Shown here piece after piece: positions 10,711 to 20,492 of a stretch of DNA of 60,298 nucleotides; position 1 is the first letter of the stretch; each line of letters starts with the position of its first letter. A program made the position numbers and the translations under genes. The notes beneath the pieces are model-generated. The model saw only the letters and a program-made list of their open reading frames with translations, was not told the origin of the DNA and did not search any database. This DNA is from Chthoniobacteraceae bacterium (GTDB taxonomy: Bacteria; Verrucomicrobiota; Verrucomicrobiia; Chthoniobacterales; Chthoniobacteraceae), in the NCBI GenBank assembly GCA_031409335.1, contig JANNWY010000179.1, positions 1 through 60,298 of the forward strand. Direction: 5' to 3'.

Positions 10711-10727
10711 CGGTGGACAGCGGTTGC

Positions 10728-10764
10728 TCGTCTCCCGTCGCGCCACGCGACGCGACGGGGACGA
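10728..10764. other. GC-rich intercistronic stem-loop inside the nitrate operon
   Basis: TCGTCTCCCGTCGCG / CGCGACGGGGACGA inverted repeat with no U-tract; possible mRNA stability or processing element. Confidence 0.5.
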
Positions 10765-10782
10765 ACCAACCAATAGAGCTAG

Positions 10783-12237
10783 TTAGAAGATGATGGTAGC
10801 CTGCACGTAACCAAAGTCGGCGTCGTCCTGAGCGCCGGTGTCGCCCAGATAGCTGCCAGCGAAGAAGTGGCTGTAGCCAGCATCTACGGTCAGATATTTG
10901 TTCACTGACCAGGTCACAAGCACGTCAATTTCCGAGCCGGCATAGTTATCCGCGCTACGGGCCGCTGGACTGAGCGGGCGTACGGTGGCTACGCCATTTG
11001 CGCGATACCACGAGTCATCGGTGGTCGCGAGCCAGAAGGCATGAAAGTCCGCGCGAATGGTCACCGGCTTCATGGGCTGGAAGCGGGTGGTCAGTTCGAG
11101 GTTGTGGATGTTCTGCCATGAGAAGACATCCATCTGTCCGTAGAACTTGTGGTTTGTGGGGAAAAGATTTTGGAACGTCTCAATGTCGCCATCGGTCGGA
11201 TCGCCATCGCCCGAGCCATAGCTATAGCCGAGGCCAAGGCGCGGACGCCAGGCGGTGTCAAAAGTGTAGCCAAGGCCCGCGTGGACAGCCCACGCAGTCA
11301 AATCCAAACCACGCACCTCGCCAGTTTGGAAGACACCTTCAAACTCGTAGTCGAGTCCGACCGGCTTGTTCTTCATCGGCAGCGCGGACTTGCCATCAGA
11401 GACGGGCGCGTCGGGTGCGAAGGCGCCGGGGTTCGATTTGATCCGCACGCCAAGTGTCGCGAAGTCCGTATCGCCCGCGATGAGCTTAGTATTCTCGTGC
11501 AGGTAGAGCGCGTAGAGGTCGATGGACTGTGGACCGAGCGCGACGGTGTTGAAATACAGACCGCTGAAAATCTGCTCGCGCTCTGTTTCGTTGCCGTTGA
11601 AAAAGTCCGATTGATTGTAGCTGCCGCGCTCCGGCACCACGACGGTCGAGACGAAGGCATCAAGCCACCAGGTCTTTTCCTCCCAGCGGAATTTCACCGC
11701 GTCGAATGTGCGGCCAATGTTGTTCCAGTCGAACGCACCGATCACGCGCTCATCGCCGTAGCTTAGGATTTGCCGGCCAGCCTTCAGCGTGAGCGGAAAT
11801 TCCTTCGGGTTGCCGATCTCGATGTAGCCTTGGCGCAAGTCGAAGGCATCGTCGCCTTCCGCGCCGAGCAGTCCGGGAAAGTCCGGGCGATCGGAATTGA
11901 TCTCCCGCGAGTCCTGCGCCTGCGCGTAGAGTCTGAACCACGGCGATGGCTTAATCATCAGCCCAAGGCGCGCGCGCTGGAGAAACCAGTTGTCATCGGT
12001 GAAGACGTTGACGCTGTCATTGAAGTCGAAGTTGTTGTTGCGGATTTCCCAGCGGACACGCTCCTGGAAGTCGAACACGACCTTTCCATCCAGGAAGGAA
12101 AGCGGATTTGCGTCCGGCATTTTTACGGGCATCCTTTTGCCGTCAGTAGTCCCGTCGCCTGCAAGGGTGTTTAAGGAACTGCCGATCAGGAGCGCTGTCG
12201 CAAGCAGCGCTCCGCGTTTTTTGGTGGATTGGATCAT
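10783..12237 (-). CDS. Alginate export (AlgE-like) outer-membrane beta-barrel porin
   Basis: Signal peptide, GRQILSYGDERVIG..W.N.GRTFDA, TFQNLFPTNHKFYG.MD motifs, terminal Phe; start inferred at MIQSTKK. Confidence 0.82.
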   Translation of the reverse strand: MIQSTKKRGALLATALLIGSSLNTLAGDGTTDGKRMPVKMPDANPLSFLDGKVVFDFQERVRWEIRNNNFDFNDSVNVFTDDNWFLQRARLGLMIKPSPWFRLYAQAQDSREINSDRPDFPGLLGAEGDDAFDLRQGYIEIGNPKEFPLTLKAGRQILSYGDERVIGAFDWNNIGRTFDAVKFRWEEKTWWLDAFVSTVVVPERGSYNQSDFFNGNETEREQIFSGLYFNTVALGPQSIDLYALYLHENTKLIAGDTDFATLGVRIKSNPGAFAPDAPVSDGKSALPMKNKPVGLDYEFEGVFQTGEVRGLDLTAWAVHAGLGYTFDTAWRPRLGLGYSYGSGDGDPTDGDIETFQNLFPTNHKFYGQMDVFSWQNIHNLELTTRFQPMKPVTIRADFHAFWLATTDDSWYRANGVATVRPLSPAARSADNYAGSEIDVLVTWSVNKYLTVDAGYSHFFAGSYLGDTGAQDDADFGYVQATIIF

Positions 12238-12311
12238 TGGTGTCTTGGTGGTGCGGCAATGCTCCGCCGCGGATTTCGCTGATCGGGTGGACATGAGCGG
12301 GAGCATCCGGT

Positions 12312-13166
12312 TCATGCGATTGTGGCTGCCTCCGCGTCCGGCACGGTGGCTGTCGCGGGTGAGTGGGAAGCGGGCGCGTGCTTGTGTGCTTTGACTTCGA
12401 GAAAGTGGATGAGCCGAGCGCGGAGTTTGTAGTAGTCGGGGTGCTCCATCACCGCTTTGCGATCGCGCGGTCGCGGAAAGCTCACTTCGATCACTTCACC
12501 GATTCCGGCTTCGGGGCCATCGGTCATGCAAATGACGCGGTCGCTCAAAAACAGCGCCTCATCCACGTCATGCGTTACCATCATCGCGGTGATTTTTTCG
12601 CGCCGCCAAAGCTGGATCAGCACCTCCTGCAACTCATAGCGCGTAAGCGAGTCGAGCATTCCGAACGGCTCATCGAGCAGCAGCATCTTCGGCGCGAGCG
12701 CAAAGGCCCGCGCGATGCCGACGCGCTGGCGCATCCCTTGCGAAAGCTCCTTCGGCGTCTTGTCCATCGCATCCGCCAAGCCGACGAGCGACAGATAATA
12801 CTCCGCAATCTGCTCTCGCTCGACTTTCTCCGCGGTGAAAAAAACCTGGTTCACGCCCAGCATCACATTTTCCTTCGCGCTCATCCACGGCAGCAGCGAG
12901 GGCGATTGGAAAACGACGCCGCGATCGGGGCCGGGACCGGTGAGTTCCTTACCTGCGAGAATGATCGCGCCGCGCGTTATAGTGCTCAGTCCGGCGACCA
13001 TCATCAAGATCGTGGACTTACCGCAACCCGAGTGGCCGATCACTGTCACGAATTCGCCTTTGCGCAATTTGAAATCGACATCCTTCACGATGACCGCCTC
13101 GCCCTCTGGCGATGGGTAGCTTTTCGTGAGCTTCGATAACTCCAGGTAGGCATTGTCAAAATTCAT
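12312..13166 (-). CDS. nrtD: Nitrate ABC transporter ATP-binding subunit (NrtD-like)
   Basis: [27 protein letters not shown]. Confidence 0.88.
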   Translation of the reverse strand: MNFDNAYLELSKLTKSYPSPEGEAVIVKDVDFKLRKGEFVTVIGHSGCGKSTILMMVAGLSTITRGAIILAGKELTGPGPDRGVVFQSPSLLPWMSAKENVMLGVNQVFFTAEKVEREQIAEYYLSLVGLADAMDKTPKELSQGMRQRVGIARAFALAPKMLLLDEPFGMLDSLTRYELQEVLIQLWRREKITAMMVTHDVDEALFLSDRVICMTDGPEAGIGEVIEVSFPRPRDRKAVMEHPDYYKLRARLIHFLEVKAHKHAPASHSPATATVPDAEAATIA

Positions 13167-14080
13167 ACGCGGACCTCCACAGTTTCGCGCCTCTCCTCAC
13201 TGCGCCGGCGCGGTCGGCGTTTTTGTCCAAAGGGATTCCGCGGCGCATCGAGGTCTTCAGGAATGAGGTCTGGCAGCACAAGTTTCATGCTCGTGGCCGT
13301 GCGATCCCTGCGCCGCGCTTTGAGCAGGTAATCGACGACCTCGCAGCGCGTCTGTTTGAAGTCATAGTTGGTATTGATCTGCGCGCGCAGCCGCGGGCGC
13401 GGGATGGTGATCGGGATGGAAGGCCCAAGCGTCGCGCGCGGCCCGGAAGTCAGCGGGATCACGCGATCGGCCAGCAGGATGGCTTCGTCGGGATCATTGG
13501 TGATGAGGATCACCGTTTTCTTTTCCTCCTGGCAGATGCGGTTGATTTCATCCTGCAAATTCGCGCGTGTCAGCGCATCGAGCGCGCTCAGTGGCTCATC
13601 AAGGAGCAAAATTTCAGGCTGCATCGCCAGTGCCCGCGCGACGGAGACGCGCTGCCTCATGCCACCGGATAGCTCGCTCGGCACCTTTTGCATCGCAGGC
13701 GTGAGATTCACCATTGCGATGTATTTCTCGATGTGTGCCCGGCGCGCTTGCGCGGTCCATTCCGGGAACACCTGATCGACGGCCAGCGCGACGTTTTCAA
13801 ACACCGTGAGCCACGGCAGCAGGCTGTAGTTTTGAAAAACGATCCCGCGATCCGGCCCTGGGCCGGTCACCTTTTCCCCGTTCAACAGCACCGTACCTTC
13901 GTCTGGGAATTGCAGACCGAGAATGAGCGACATCAGCGTCGTTTTTCCCGCACCGGAGTAGCCAATGATCGCGACGAATTCGCCTTGTTCGACTTCCAAG
14001 TGAAGATCGGTGAGCACTTCAGTGCGCCCCTTGGCCGGGCCGAAGCCTTTGCTGACGGCTTTGATTTCAAGTAGCGGCAT
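13163..14080 (-). CDS. nrtC: Nitrate ABC transporter ATP-binding subunit (NrtC-like)
   Basis: [23 protein letters not shown]; start at MPLLEIK. Confidence 0.85.
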   Translation of the reverse strand: MPLLEIKAVSKGFGPAKGRTEVLTDLHLEVEQGEFVAIIGYSGAGKTTLMSLILGLQFPDEGTVLLNGEKVTGPGPDRGIVFQNYSLLPWLTVFENVALAVDQVFPEWTAQARRAHIEKYIAMVNLTPAMQKVPSELSGGMRQRVSVARALAMQPEILLLDEPLSALDALTRANLQDEINRICQEEKKTVILITNDPDEAILLADRVIPLTSGPRATLGPSIPITIPRPRLRAQINTNYDFKQTRCEVVDYLLKARRRDRTATSMKLVLPDLIPEDLDAPRNPFGQKRRPRRRSEERRETVEVRV

Positions 14081-14085
14081 AGTGT

Positions 14086-14970
14086 TCAGGCGGACTTGAA
14101 GCGGCTCTCCACCGCGCTCATCATCCGATCCAGCACGAAGCCCACGATGCCGATCGTCAGGATCGACAGGATGATATGGGCGTAGCTCAGCGCGTTGTAT
14201 TGCTGCCAGAGGAAGCCTCCGACGCCCGGTTTTCCGGTGAGCATTTCCGCGGCGACGATGACCAACCACGCAATCCCCAGCGACAGGCGGAAGCCGGTGA
14301 ACATGTAAGGCAGCGTCGCGGGCAGCAGCACTTTGAAGAGTGTCTTCGTCTTCGAGAGCTTTAGCACTTTTGCCACGTTCAGATAGTCGGTCGGAATCGC
14401 TCGCACACCGACGGCGGTGTTCAGCACGGTGGGCCACATCGAACAGATGGCGATGGTGAAAATCGCCGCGAGATCGGACGCGGTGTAGGTCAGCGTCGTC
14501 CCCGGAAAGGTGACTTTTGCGCCGAGGAAAAGCACCATGCCGAGCGGTAGCCAGGCGAGTGGCGAGACGGGCCGCAGGACTTGGAAGATGGGATCGAACA
14601 TCTTCGAGAAGGTCTTCGAGAGACCCAGGAAAAAGCCGATGGGTGTGCCGACGATGAGTGCGATGAGATAGCCCTGCACGACGAGTTTTAGCGACAGCCA
14701 GGTAAAGCGCAGGATGCCTTGATCCAGCTCACCGCGTTTCGCGAATGGCTGCGTGATGTAGAGCTTGCTCTTATCCCACGTCTCGACGGGGGAAGGCAGA
14801 TCGGCGGAAACTCCGGTGCGCTGCACTTTCACGATCTTATCGCCGAAATCATCGACGTATTCCTTCCGCGTCTCCTTCCCGGCGATCAAAGCCCACAGCA
14901 GGATGCAGACAAGGACGCCAATGGCGGGCAGCAGCAGCCAGTCGATTCGTTTGAGCGGTGTTTCATTCAT
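14086..14970 (-). CDS. nrtB: Nitrate ABC transporter permease
   Basis: LRPVSPLAWLP, WPTVLNTAVGV, WLVIVAAEML motifs. Confidence 0.9.
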   Translation of the reverse strand: MNETPLKRIDWLLLPAIGVLVCILLWALIAGKETRKEYVDDFGDKIVKVQRTGVSADLPSPVETWDKSKLYITQPFAKRGELDQGILRFTWLSLKLVVQGYLIALIVGTPIGFFLGLSKTFSKMFDPIFQVLRPVSPLAWLPLGMVLFLGAKVTFPGTTLTYTASDLAAIFTIAICSMWPTVLNTAVGVRAIPTDYLNVAKVLKLSKTKTLFKVLLPATLPYMFTGFRLSLGIAWLVIVAAEMLTGKPGVGGFLWQQYNALSYAHIILSILTIGIVGFVLDRMMSAVESRFKSA

Positions 14971-14985
14971 GGTGCGCGGTTGCGA

Positions 14986-16278
14986 TTAGTTGCGGATGCT
15001 GGTGATCGGAAATCCGGCGGCGTAAGTCTCGGGTGAGGCTGGATCAAAGGTGCAGCCATCGAAGAGAACCTCGGGCGAAAAGTCCGTGCCGCCGTGCGCC
15101 ACGCCGAGTTCCGCCATCGCGGCCTCGTAGAAATCGGGGCGCATCACGCGCGTGGCCACGCCGAGGTAGTCGGGCGCGACCGGCAGCATCGTCCAGCGGC
15201 GGAACTGGGAGAGCCACCACAGCGCATATTTGGCCTGTGGGTAGTTCGCGTTCCGATTGCTGAAAGTAAGTCCCCGCAAGTCTTCGCGTTTGCGCCCGTT
15301 GCCGTAGTCCACGCTTTTCCCCAGCCGCGCGCGGAGCAGCTCGGCGGGCGCGCCGATGAACTCAGGCCGCGCGAGCAATTCGGCAAGCGCGTCGTGATTC
15401 GCCGGATCGTCGCACCACACGCTGGCCTCGTGCAGCGCCTTGAGCACGGCCTTTACCGCGCATGGGTGCGCCTCGGCAAACTCCTCGGTAAAAGCGACCA
15501 CTTTCTCGGGATGATCCGGCCAGATTTCCTCGGTGCAGATCGCAGTAAAGCCGAGTCCGTCCGCGATGGCGCGCGCGTTCCATGGCTCGCCGACGCAGAA
15601 GCCATCCATGCGTCCGGTGCGCATGTTTGCGACCATCTGCGGCGGCGGCACGGTAATGAGCGCCACGTCGTGATCGGGATGCATTGCGCCTGCGCCGAGC
15701 CAGTAGCGCAGCCACATCGCATGGGTTCCGGGCTGGAGCGTGATGCCGAAAACGAGCGGGCGTCCCGCGTCGCGCGACTCGATCGCGAGCGGGCGCAGCG
15801 CCTTCGGATCGGCGGCGAATTTTCCGCGATGCTTCGTGCCAAGCGTGATGGCCTGGCCGTTGCGGCTGAGGATCCACGGGATGATGAGCGGCTTTTGCTC
15901 GGTGCCGAGCTTGCCGACTGCCGCGCCGATTGGCATTCCGAACAGCATGTGTGCCCCGTGCAGCGCGCCTTTGTTCAAGGCATCGCGCAGAGCCGTCCAA
16001 CTCGCGAGTTTCGTGATGTTCGCCTCAATGCCTTGCCTCGCGAAGAAGCCGCGCGCCTGGGCGACAACGATCGGCGCGCAATCGACCAGCGGCAGAATGC
16101 CGAAGGTGAGCTGCGTGATTTCCGGCGCGCCTTCCGCCGCCGAGCCGCGCGGACGGTCGCGCGGCCCGAGCGTGGCGAGATCGAGGCCCGTGGTGCGATC
16201 ACCCGCGTCCACATGGAGAGCGCGGCCATTGGAGGCAGCACTGCAGGTGGATTTCTGATCAAAATCGAGTGAGTCCAT
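14986..16278 (-). CDS. CmpA/NrtA-family nitrate-binding protein with no evident signal peptide
   Basis: PLVDCAPIVVA, VPPPQMVANM, GFCVGEPWN, W.DHPEK; hydrophilic N-terminus. Confidence 0.85.
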   Translation of the reverse strand: MDSLDFDQKSTCSAASNGRALHVDAGDRTTGLDLATLGPRDRPRGSAAEGAPEITQLTFGILPLVDCAPIVVAQARGFFARQGIEANITKLASWTALRDALNKGALHGAHMLFGMPIGAAVGKLGTEQKPLIIPWILSRNGQAITLGTKHRGKFAADPKALRPLAIESRDAGRPLVFGITLQPGTHAMWLRYWLGAGAMHPDHDVALITVPPPQMVANMRTGRMDGFCVGEPWNARAIADGLGFTAICTEEIWPDHPEKVVAFTEEFAEAHPCAVKAVLKALHEASVWCDDPANHDALAELLARPEFIGAPAELLRARLGKSVDYGNGRKREDLRGLTFSNRNANYPQAKYALWWLSQFRRWTMLPVAPDYLGVATRVMRPDFYEAAMAELGVAHGGTDFSPEVLFDGCTFDPASPETYAAGFPITSIRN

Positions 16279-16330
16279 TTGGTTTAACAACCCATGGAGA
16301 AATCGAGGGCAATGTTTTCGAGCCGCCGCA

Positions 16331-16416
16331 GGCTTTGGACTACTGCGGTTCCTCTGCAGCTCTGGTGAGCGCGCGGCATCTCGAGAGCTGTGAAGGAATC
16401 AAAGCAGTCCAGAGCC
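16331..16416. repeat. Degenerate REP-like long inverted repeat between the two nrtA genes
   Basis: GGCTTTGGACT...TTCCTCTGCAGCTCT / AGAGCTGTGAAGGAA...AGTCCAGAGCC. Confidence 0.6.
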
Positions 16417-16456
16417 TTCGGCGTTATACGGACATGCTTCATACTCGGTCGGTGCG

Positions 16457-17716
16457 TCAACCCTTCGCGCTGTGGATTGGGAAGCTTTTGGCGTAGGCTT
16501 CCAGGTTGCCTTTTGGATCGAACTTCACGCCGTCGAAAAGCGTCTCCGGCGCGTCGTCGAGCGCACCTTTCGTGTAACCGATTTCCTTCATCGCCTCGGC
16601 GTAAAGGTCGGGCCGCATCACTTCCTTTGCGATGCCTTCGTAGTCCGGCGCACCTTCCACGAGACCCCAGCGGCGGAACTGTGTGAGCCACCATTTCGCG
16701 TACTTCGGCTGCGGATAGTTGCAATTCCGGTCGCTGAAAATCATGTAGTTCGGATCGCGCAGCTTCCGCCCGTCACCGTAGAGATACTTACCCTGCAAGC
16801 GACCGAGGATCACGTCTTCGGGGCAATTGATGTAAGTCGCCGACGCCACGATCTTCGCCTGCTCGGGACGGTTATCCATCACGTCGAGCCACACGCTGGC
16901 CTCGTGCAGCGCCTTGAGCACAGCCTTCACCGTCTTCGGATTCTTCTCCGCAAACTCCGCGGTGAACGCGCAGACTTTTTCGGGGTGATCTTTCCAAATG
17001 CCCTGCGTGTTGATGCTGGTGTAACCGATGTCATCGGCGATGACGCGCGCGTTCCAAGGTTCGCCCACGCAGAAGCCGTCCATCTTCCCGGCCTTCATGT
17101 TCGCGACCATCTGCGGCGGCGGCACGGTGATGAGCGACACATCGGTGTCGGGATTGATGCCGCCCGCGCCGAGGTAGTAGCGCGTCCACATCGCGTGCGT
17201 GCCGGGCGGGAAAGTCATCGCGAAAGTCAGCGGCGTGCCAGCCTTGTTTGCCTCATCCACAAAAGGTTTCAGCGCCTTCGGATCGTCGGTCACCTTGCCT
17301 TTGAATTTGTTCGAGAGGGAAATCGACTGCCCGTTTCGATTGAGCAGCCACGGGACGATCATTGGCTTTTTCGGCGCACCCATGAGACCCATCGTGCTCG
17401 CGATTGGCATACCGAGCAGCATGTGGGTGGCTTGGTTGTCGCCATTGGTCAGCGAGTCGCGGATGGCGGCCCAGTTCGCGCCTTTGTTCACGGTCGAGTT
17501 GATCCCGTACTTTCTGAACAGCCCCTTTTCGTGCGCGATGACGATGGGCGAGCAGTCGGTCAGCGCGATGATGCCGAATTTCACATCCGCTGTCTCAGGC
17601 CCATCGCCTGCGGCGAAGCCGCCGGCCCAGCCCTTCGGCAATCCGGCGAACAGTGCGGCGAGGCCCGCGCTCTTCGCGGTGGTGGTGAGGAAGTGGCGGC
17701 GGTTGAATTTTTTCAT
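16457..17716 (-). CDS. nrtA: Periplasmic nitrate-binding protein NrtA, Tat-exported
   Basis: NRRHFL twin-arginine signal; ALTDCSP, FPPGTHAMW, GEPWN, HPEK motifs. Confidence 0.9.
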   Translation of the reverse strand: MKKFNRRHFLTTTAKSAGLAALFAGLPKGWAGGFAAGDGPETADVKFGIIALTDCSPIVIAHEKGLFRKYGINSTVNKGANWAAIRDSLTNGDNQATHMLLGMPIASTMGLMGAPKKPMIVPWLLNRNGQSISLSNKFKGKVTDDPKALKPFVDEANKAGTPLTFAMTFPPGTHAMWTRYYLGAGGINPDTDVSLITVPPPQMVANMKAGKMDGFCVGEPWNARVIADDIGYTSINTQGIWKDHPEKVCAFTAEFAEKNPKTVKAVLKALHEASVWLDVMDNRPEQAKIVASATYINCPEDVILGRLQGKYLYGDGRKLRDPNYMIFSDRNCNYPQPKYAKWWLTQFRRWGLVEGAPDYEGIAKEVMRPDLYAEAMKEIGYTKGALDDAPETLFDGVKFDPKGNLEAYAKSFPIHSAKG

Positions 17717-17815
17717 GGTGTGCTGTGTTGGGCCAGGCGGCGGTAAGTTTTTATGTCGAGCGCGATGCAGGCGGCGCGCGGCGATGTAGTTGGTTTCCCG
17801 ATGCGCGCCGCCTTT

Positions 17816-17831
17816 AGCGTCCGTCGTGCCA
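17816..17831 (-). promoter_or_regulatory. Sigma54 (-24/-12) promoter of the nitrate operon
   Basis: Minus strand TGGCACGACGGACGCT = GG-N10-GC, about 100 bp upstream of nrtA. Confidence 0.6.
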
Positions 17832-17846
17832 GAGTGCCCAAAGAGG

Positions 17847-17896
17847 CATCAGAAACAGATTTCGACTTTCTGATGGCATGGATGAAAACGATTCAT
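17847..17896. promoter_or_regulatory. Palindromic operator(s): CATCAGAAA-N11-TTTCTGATG and LysR-type ATGAAAACGATTCAT (T-N11-A)
   Basis: Perfect 9-bp inverted repeat 17847-17875; dyad T-N11-A at 17882-17896 next to the LysR remnant start. Confidence 0.55.
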
Positions 17897-17898
17897 GC

Positions 17899-18108
17899 AT
17901 GTCGCAACCGCTGGTCAGCAGACAACTTCGCGCCTTCACCGTCCTCGCGCGGACGGGCATTTTCACGCGTACCGAATCGGCGATCAGTTCGGCCAGGAAG
18001 ACCCGCGAAGTCGAAATCGGCTGCCGCCTTTTAGACAGGGTGGGCAAATCGGTGTTGCTTGCGCGGCCCGATAGAATTCTCGCCGAAATGAACCCGGCGG
18101 ACGGTTGA
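17899..18108 (+). pseudogene. Decayed LysR-family regulator (HTH remnant only)
   Basis: MSQPLVSRQLRAFTVLARTGIFTRT-ESAIS...EIGCRLLDRVGKSVLL matches a LysR HTH with an internal deletion and no effector domain. Confidence 0.75.
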
Positions 18109-18349
18109 AGATCCACGACGCTTGCATGAACGCCGAGAGAGCGGGTCCGCTACTCATGGTGGAATATCCGGCGCTGCTGATGCAAATCGCCGAGGGAAAA
18201 TGCGACTGGAACTTGAAATGCGGACACTGCTCCGGGGGGGAGCCGGATTTGACTGGCAGGAAGATCAATCGATCAAGGTCGGACGCGGCTTCATTGGGGC
18301 TGGCATTGCCAGTTGACCGCGGGGATGCGCGCCATACCGTTTCAGTCAA

Positions 18350-18979
18350 TTGCGAAAACTTGCCCCCATCGTTGCCGTATTTCTTTGCATTTCGTTCGGC
18401 GTTTTCAACCTCGCGCGACGACGGCAACAGTCGTCGCCTGAAGTCCCCGCGCCCGGGCTCGATGCCGAACCCGCGCCGGTTTCGCGCATCGTCGAGCCCG
18501 CCCTGCCACTGCCCCGATCCCCCGATTTTCACCGCGCGCCGGCAGCAGCCGCCCCCGTTTTGACCCTGCCCGAACCCACCGGGCGCGCGCACGTTTTCCG
18601 GCTGCAACTGGACCGGGGAAATTGCACGCTGGAAAAGATGGAGGAAGTCCGCGGCGTGTTCAGACGGGAGCGGACGCCGTTGTGGCAGGCTGGAATGCTC
18701 TACTGCCGCCTGGTCGCGAGCGATGGCCGCGTGGTGGGCGAGCGCACGATCCCTGCGCCTGACCATGTGTGCTTCGTGCTCGATCCGAACGTTTCAACCG
18801 AGGCTCCCGTGGTGGCAAGGCTGACGCCCGACGCTCCGGTGCTTTTCCAAGTCCGCTTTGATGGGATCGCGGAAGCAGTGCGCCTCGATGTGCATCGCAT
18901 TTCGACCGACACGCGCCCCGCGGATTCCGCTACCCCGATCGGGCCGCTGCTCGGGTCCATCGCCATTCCCGGGAAATGA
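18350..18979 (+). CDS. Hypothetical membrane-anchored or secreted protein, coupled to the M64 peptidase
   Basis: TTG start, hydrophobic N-terminus, ATGA overlap with the next gene. Confidence 0.6.
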   Translation: MRKLAPIVAVFLCISFGVFNLARRRQQSSPEVPAPGLDAEPAPVSRIVEPALPLPRSPDFHRAPAAAAPVLTLPEPTGRAHVFRLQLDRGNCTLEKMEEVRGVFRRERTPLWQAGMLYCRLVASDGRVVGERTIPAPDHVCFVLDPNVSTEAPVVARLTPDAPVLFQVRFDGIAEAVRLDVHRISTDTRPADSATPIGPLLGSIAIPGK

Positions 18980-20490
18980 ACGCGCGCCTGCTGCTGCTAA
19001 CCCTCCTCGTGGCAGCCCAGTCCGCGCGGGCGCAAGCGACCCTGCACACCGTCGAGAGCAATGGGCCGCGCGACAAACGCATCAACATCGTCTTCCTCTC
19101 CGAAGCCTATTCGGCGGCGGACCTGCCCAACTTTGCCAGCCATGTGGACACTGCGGTGACTTATCTATTTTCCCGCGAACCCTGGAGCCAGTACCGTTCG
19201 TTCTGCAATGTCTTCCGCATCGAAATCGCGTCCAACCAATCCGGCGCGGACAACGGCATCGCGGGAGGCAGCCGGGACACCTACTTCCATTCCGGCTTCA
19301 ACACGGCATCCATTCCGCAACTACTCACAATCGGAGGCGCGGGGCCATCGCGGGCGTTCACCCTGCTGAATCAGCACGTGCCGGAATACGACATCCCGGT
19401 GGTGATCGTGAACGATACGAAGTACGGAGGCTCCGGCGGCTCGATCGCGGTCGCATCCGTCCACTCGCTCAGTGCGCGCGTGGTGGAGCACGAGATCGGC
19501 CATTCGTTTGCCGGGCTGGCGGACGAATACGACCAGGATTACGCCGGCTTTTTCCCGTCGGAGAAACCGAACACCACCGCCCAGACTGTTCGGAGCCTGA
19601 TCCGATGGAACGCGTGGATCGATGCCACCACGCCGGTCGCCACGCCAGAAGAGCCCGAGTATGACAGCATTCTGGGGCTCTTCGAGGGTTCGATGTATCG
19701 GACGGAGGACTGGTATCGCCCCCATAACAACTCCCTCATGCGCAGTCTCAACCGTCCGGTCGGAAACGTGAATCGCGAGCAGTTCCTGCTTTCCATCTAT
19801 TCCCGGATCGATCCGGTGGATTCGTGGACACCCATCGGCCCGCTCGTCGAGGTGGGCGACTTTCAGCGGCTGGTCTTTGGCCTTGCCTCCAAGCAATCCA
19901 CAACGGCTTCCGTGCAGACCCAATGGTATGTCGATGAACAGTTGGTTCCCGGCGCGACGGGGACGACCTTCGAGATCGTTTCCGATGCCTTGGGAAATGG
20001 CTCCCACTCCGTCCGCGCGCAGACTGCCGATGGCACTCCCTTTGTCCGCAACGATCCATCGCAACTCCTGCGGCAAAATGTAAGCTGGAGCGTGACTCTG
20101 ACCAATCAGCTTCCCGCGACTCTCGCGGCATGGCGCGCGGCATTTGGAAGCGACACCGCGAACCCAGCCCGGGATGGCTACGTGAACCTGGCCAAGTATG
20201 CGCTAGGAACCGATCCCGCGCATCCCATCGCGATGTCCCGGCAACCCTTTGCCAGCTTCACCCCCGGCTCCGGCACAGATCGCTATCTCACCCTTAGTGT
20301 CCCGCGCCGCACCCGGCGGAGTGATGTCGGGAGCAGAGTAGAGATTTCAGATGACCTGGCGACTTGGACTTCAGGTCCGGGCCATACCGTCACGCTGGAA
20401 GATCGCGATGACCTGCTGGTGGTTCGCGACGCGAATCCGATTGGCATTGGGCCAAATCGCTCCATGCGCCTGCGCGTTCAGGCTCCGTAA
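18976..20490 (+). CDS. M64-family (IgA peptidase-like) zinc metallopeptidase with a Verrucomicrobia-type C-terminal domain
   Basis: NGPRDKRINIVFLSEAY, YGGSGG, HEIGHSFAGLADEY, YRP...SLMR. Confidence 0.85.
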   Translation: MNARLLLLTLLVAAQSARAQATLHTVESNGPRDKRINIVFLSEAYSAADLPNFASHVDTAVTYLFSREPWSQYRSFCNVFRIEIASNQSGADNGIAGGSRDTYFHSGFNTASIPQLLTIGGAGPSRAFTLLNQHVPEYDIPVVIVNDTKYGGSGGSIAVASVHSLSARVVEHEIGHSFAGLADEYDQDYAGFFPSEKPNTTAQTVRSLIRWNAWIDATTPVATPEEPEYDSILGLFEGSMYRTEDWYRPHNNSLMRSLNRPVGNVNREQFLLSIYSRIDPVDSWTPIGPLVEVGDFQRLVFGLASKQSTTASVQTQWYVDEQLVPGATGTTFEIVSDALGNGSHSVRAQTADGTPFVRNDPSQLLRQNVSWSVTLTNQLPATLAAWRAAFGSDTANPARDGYVNLAKYALGTDPAHPIAMSRQPFASFTPGSGTDRYLTLSVPRRTRRSDVGSRVEISDDLATWTSGPGHTVTLEDRDDLLVVRDANPIGIGPNRSMRLRVQAP

Positions 20491-20492
20491 AA

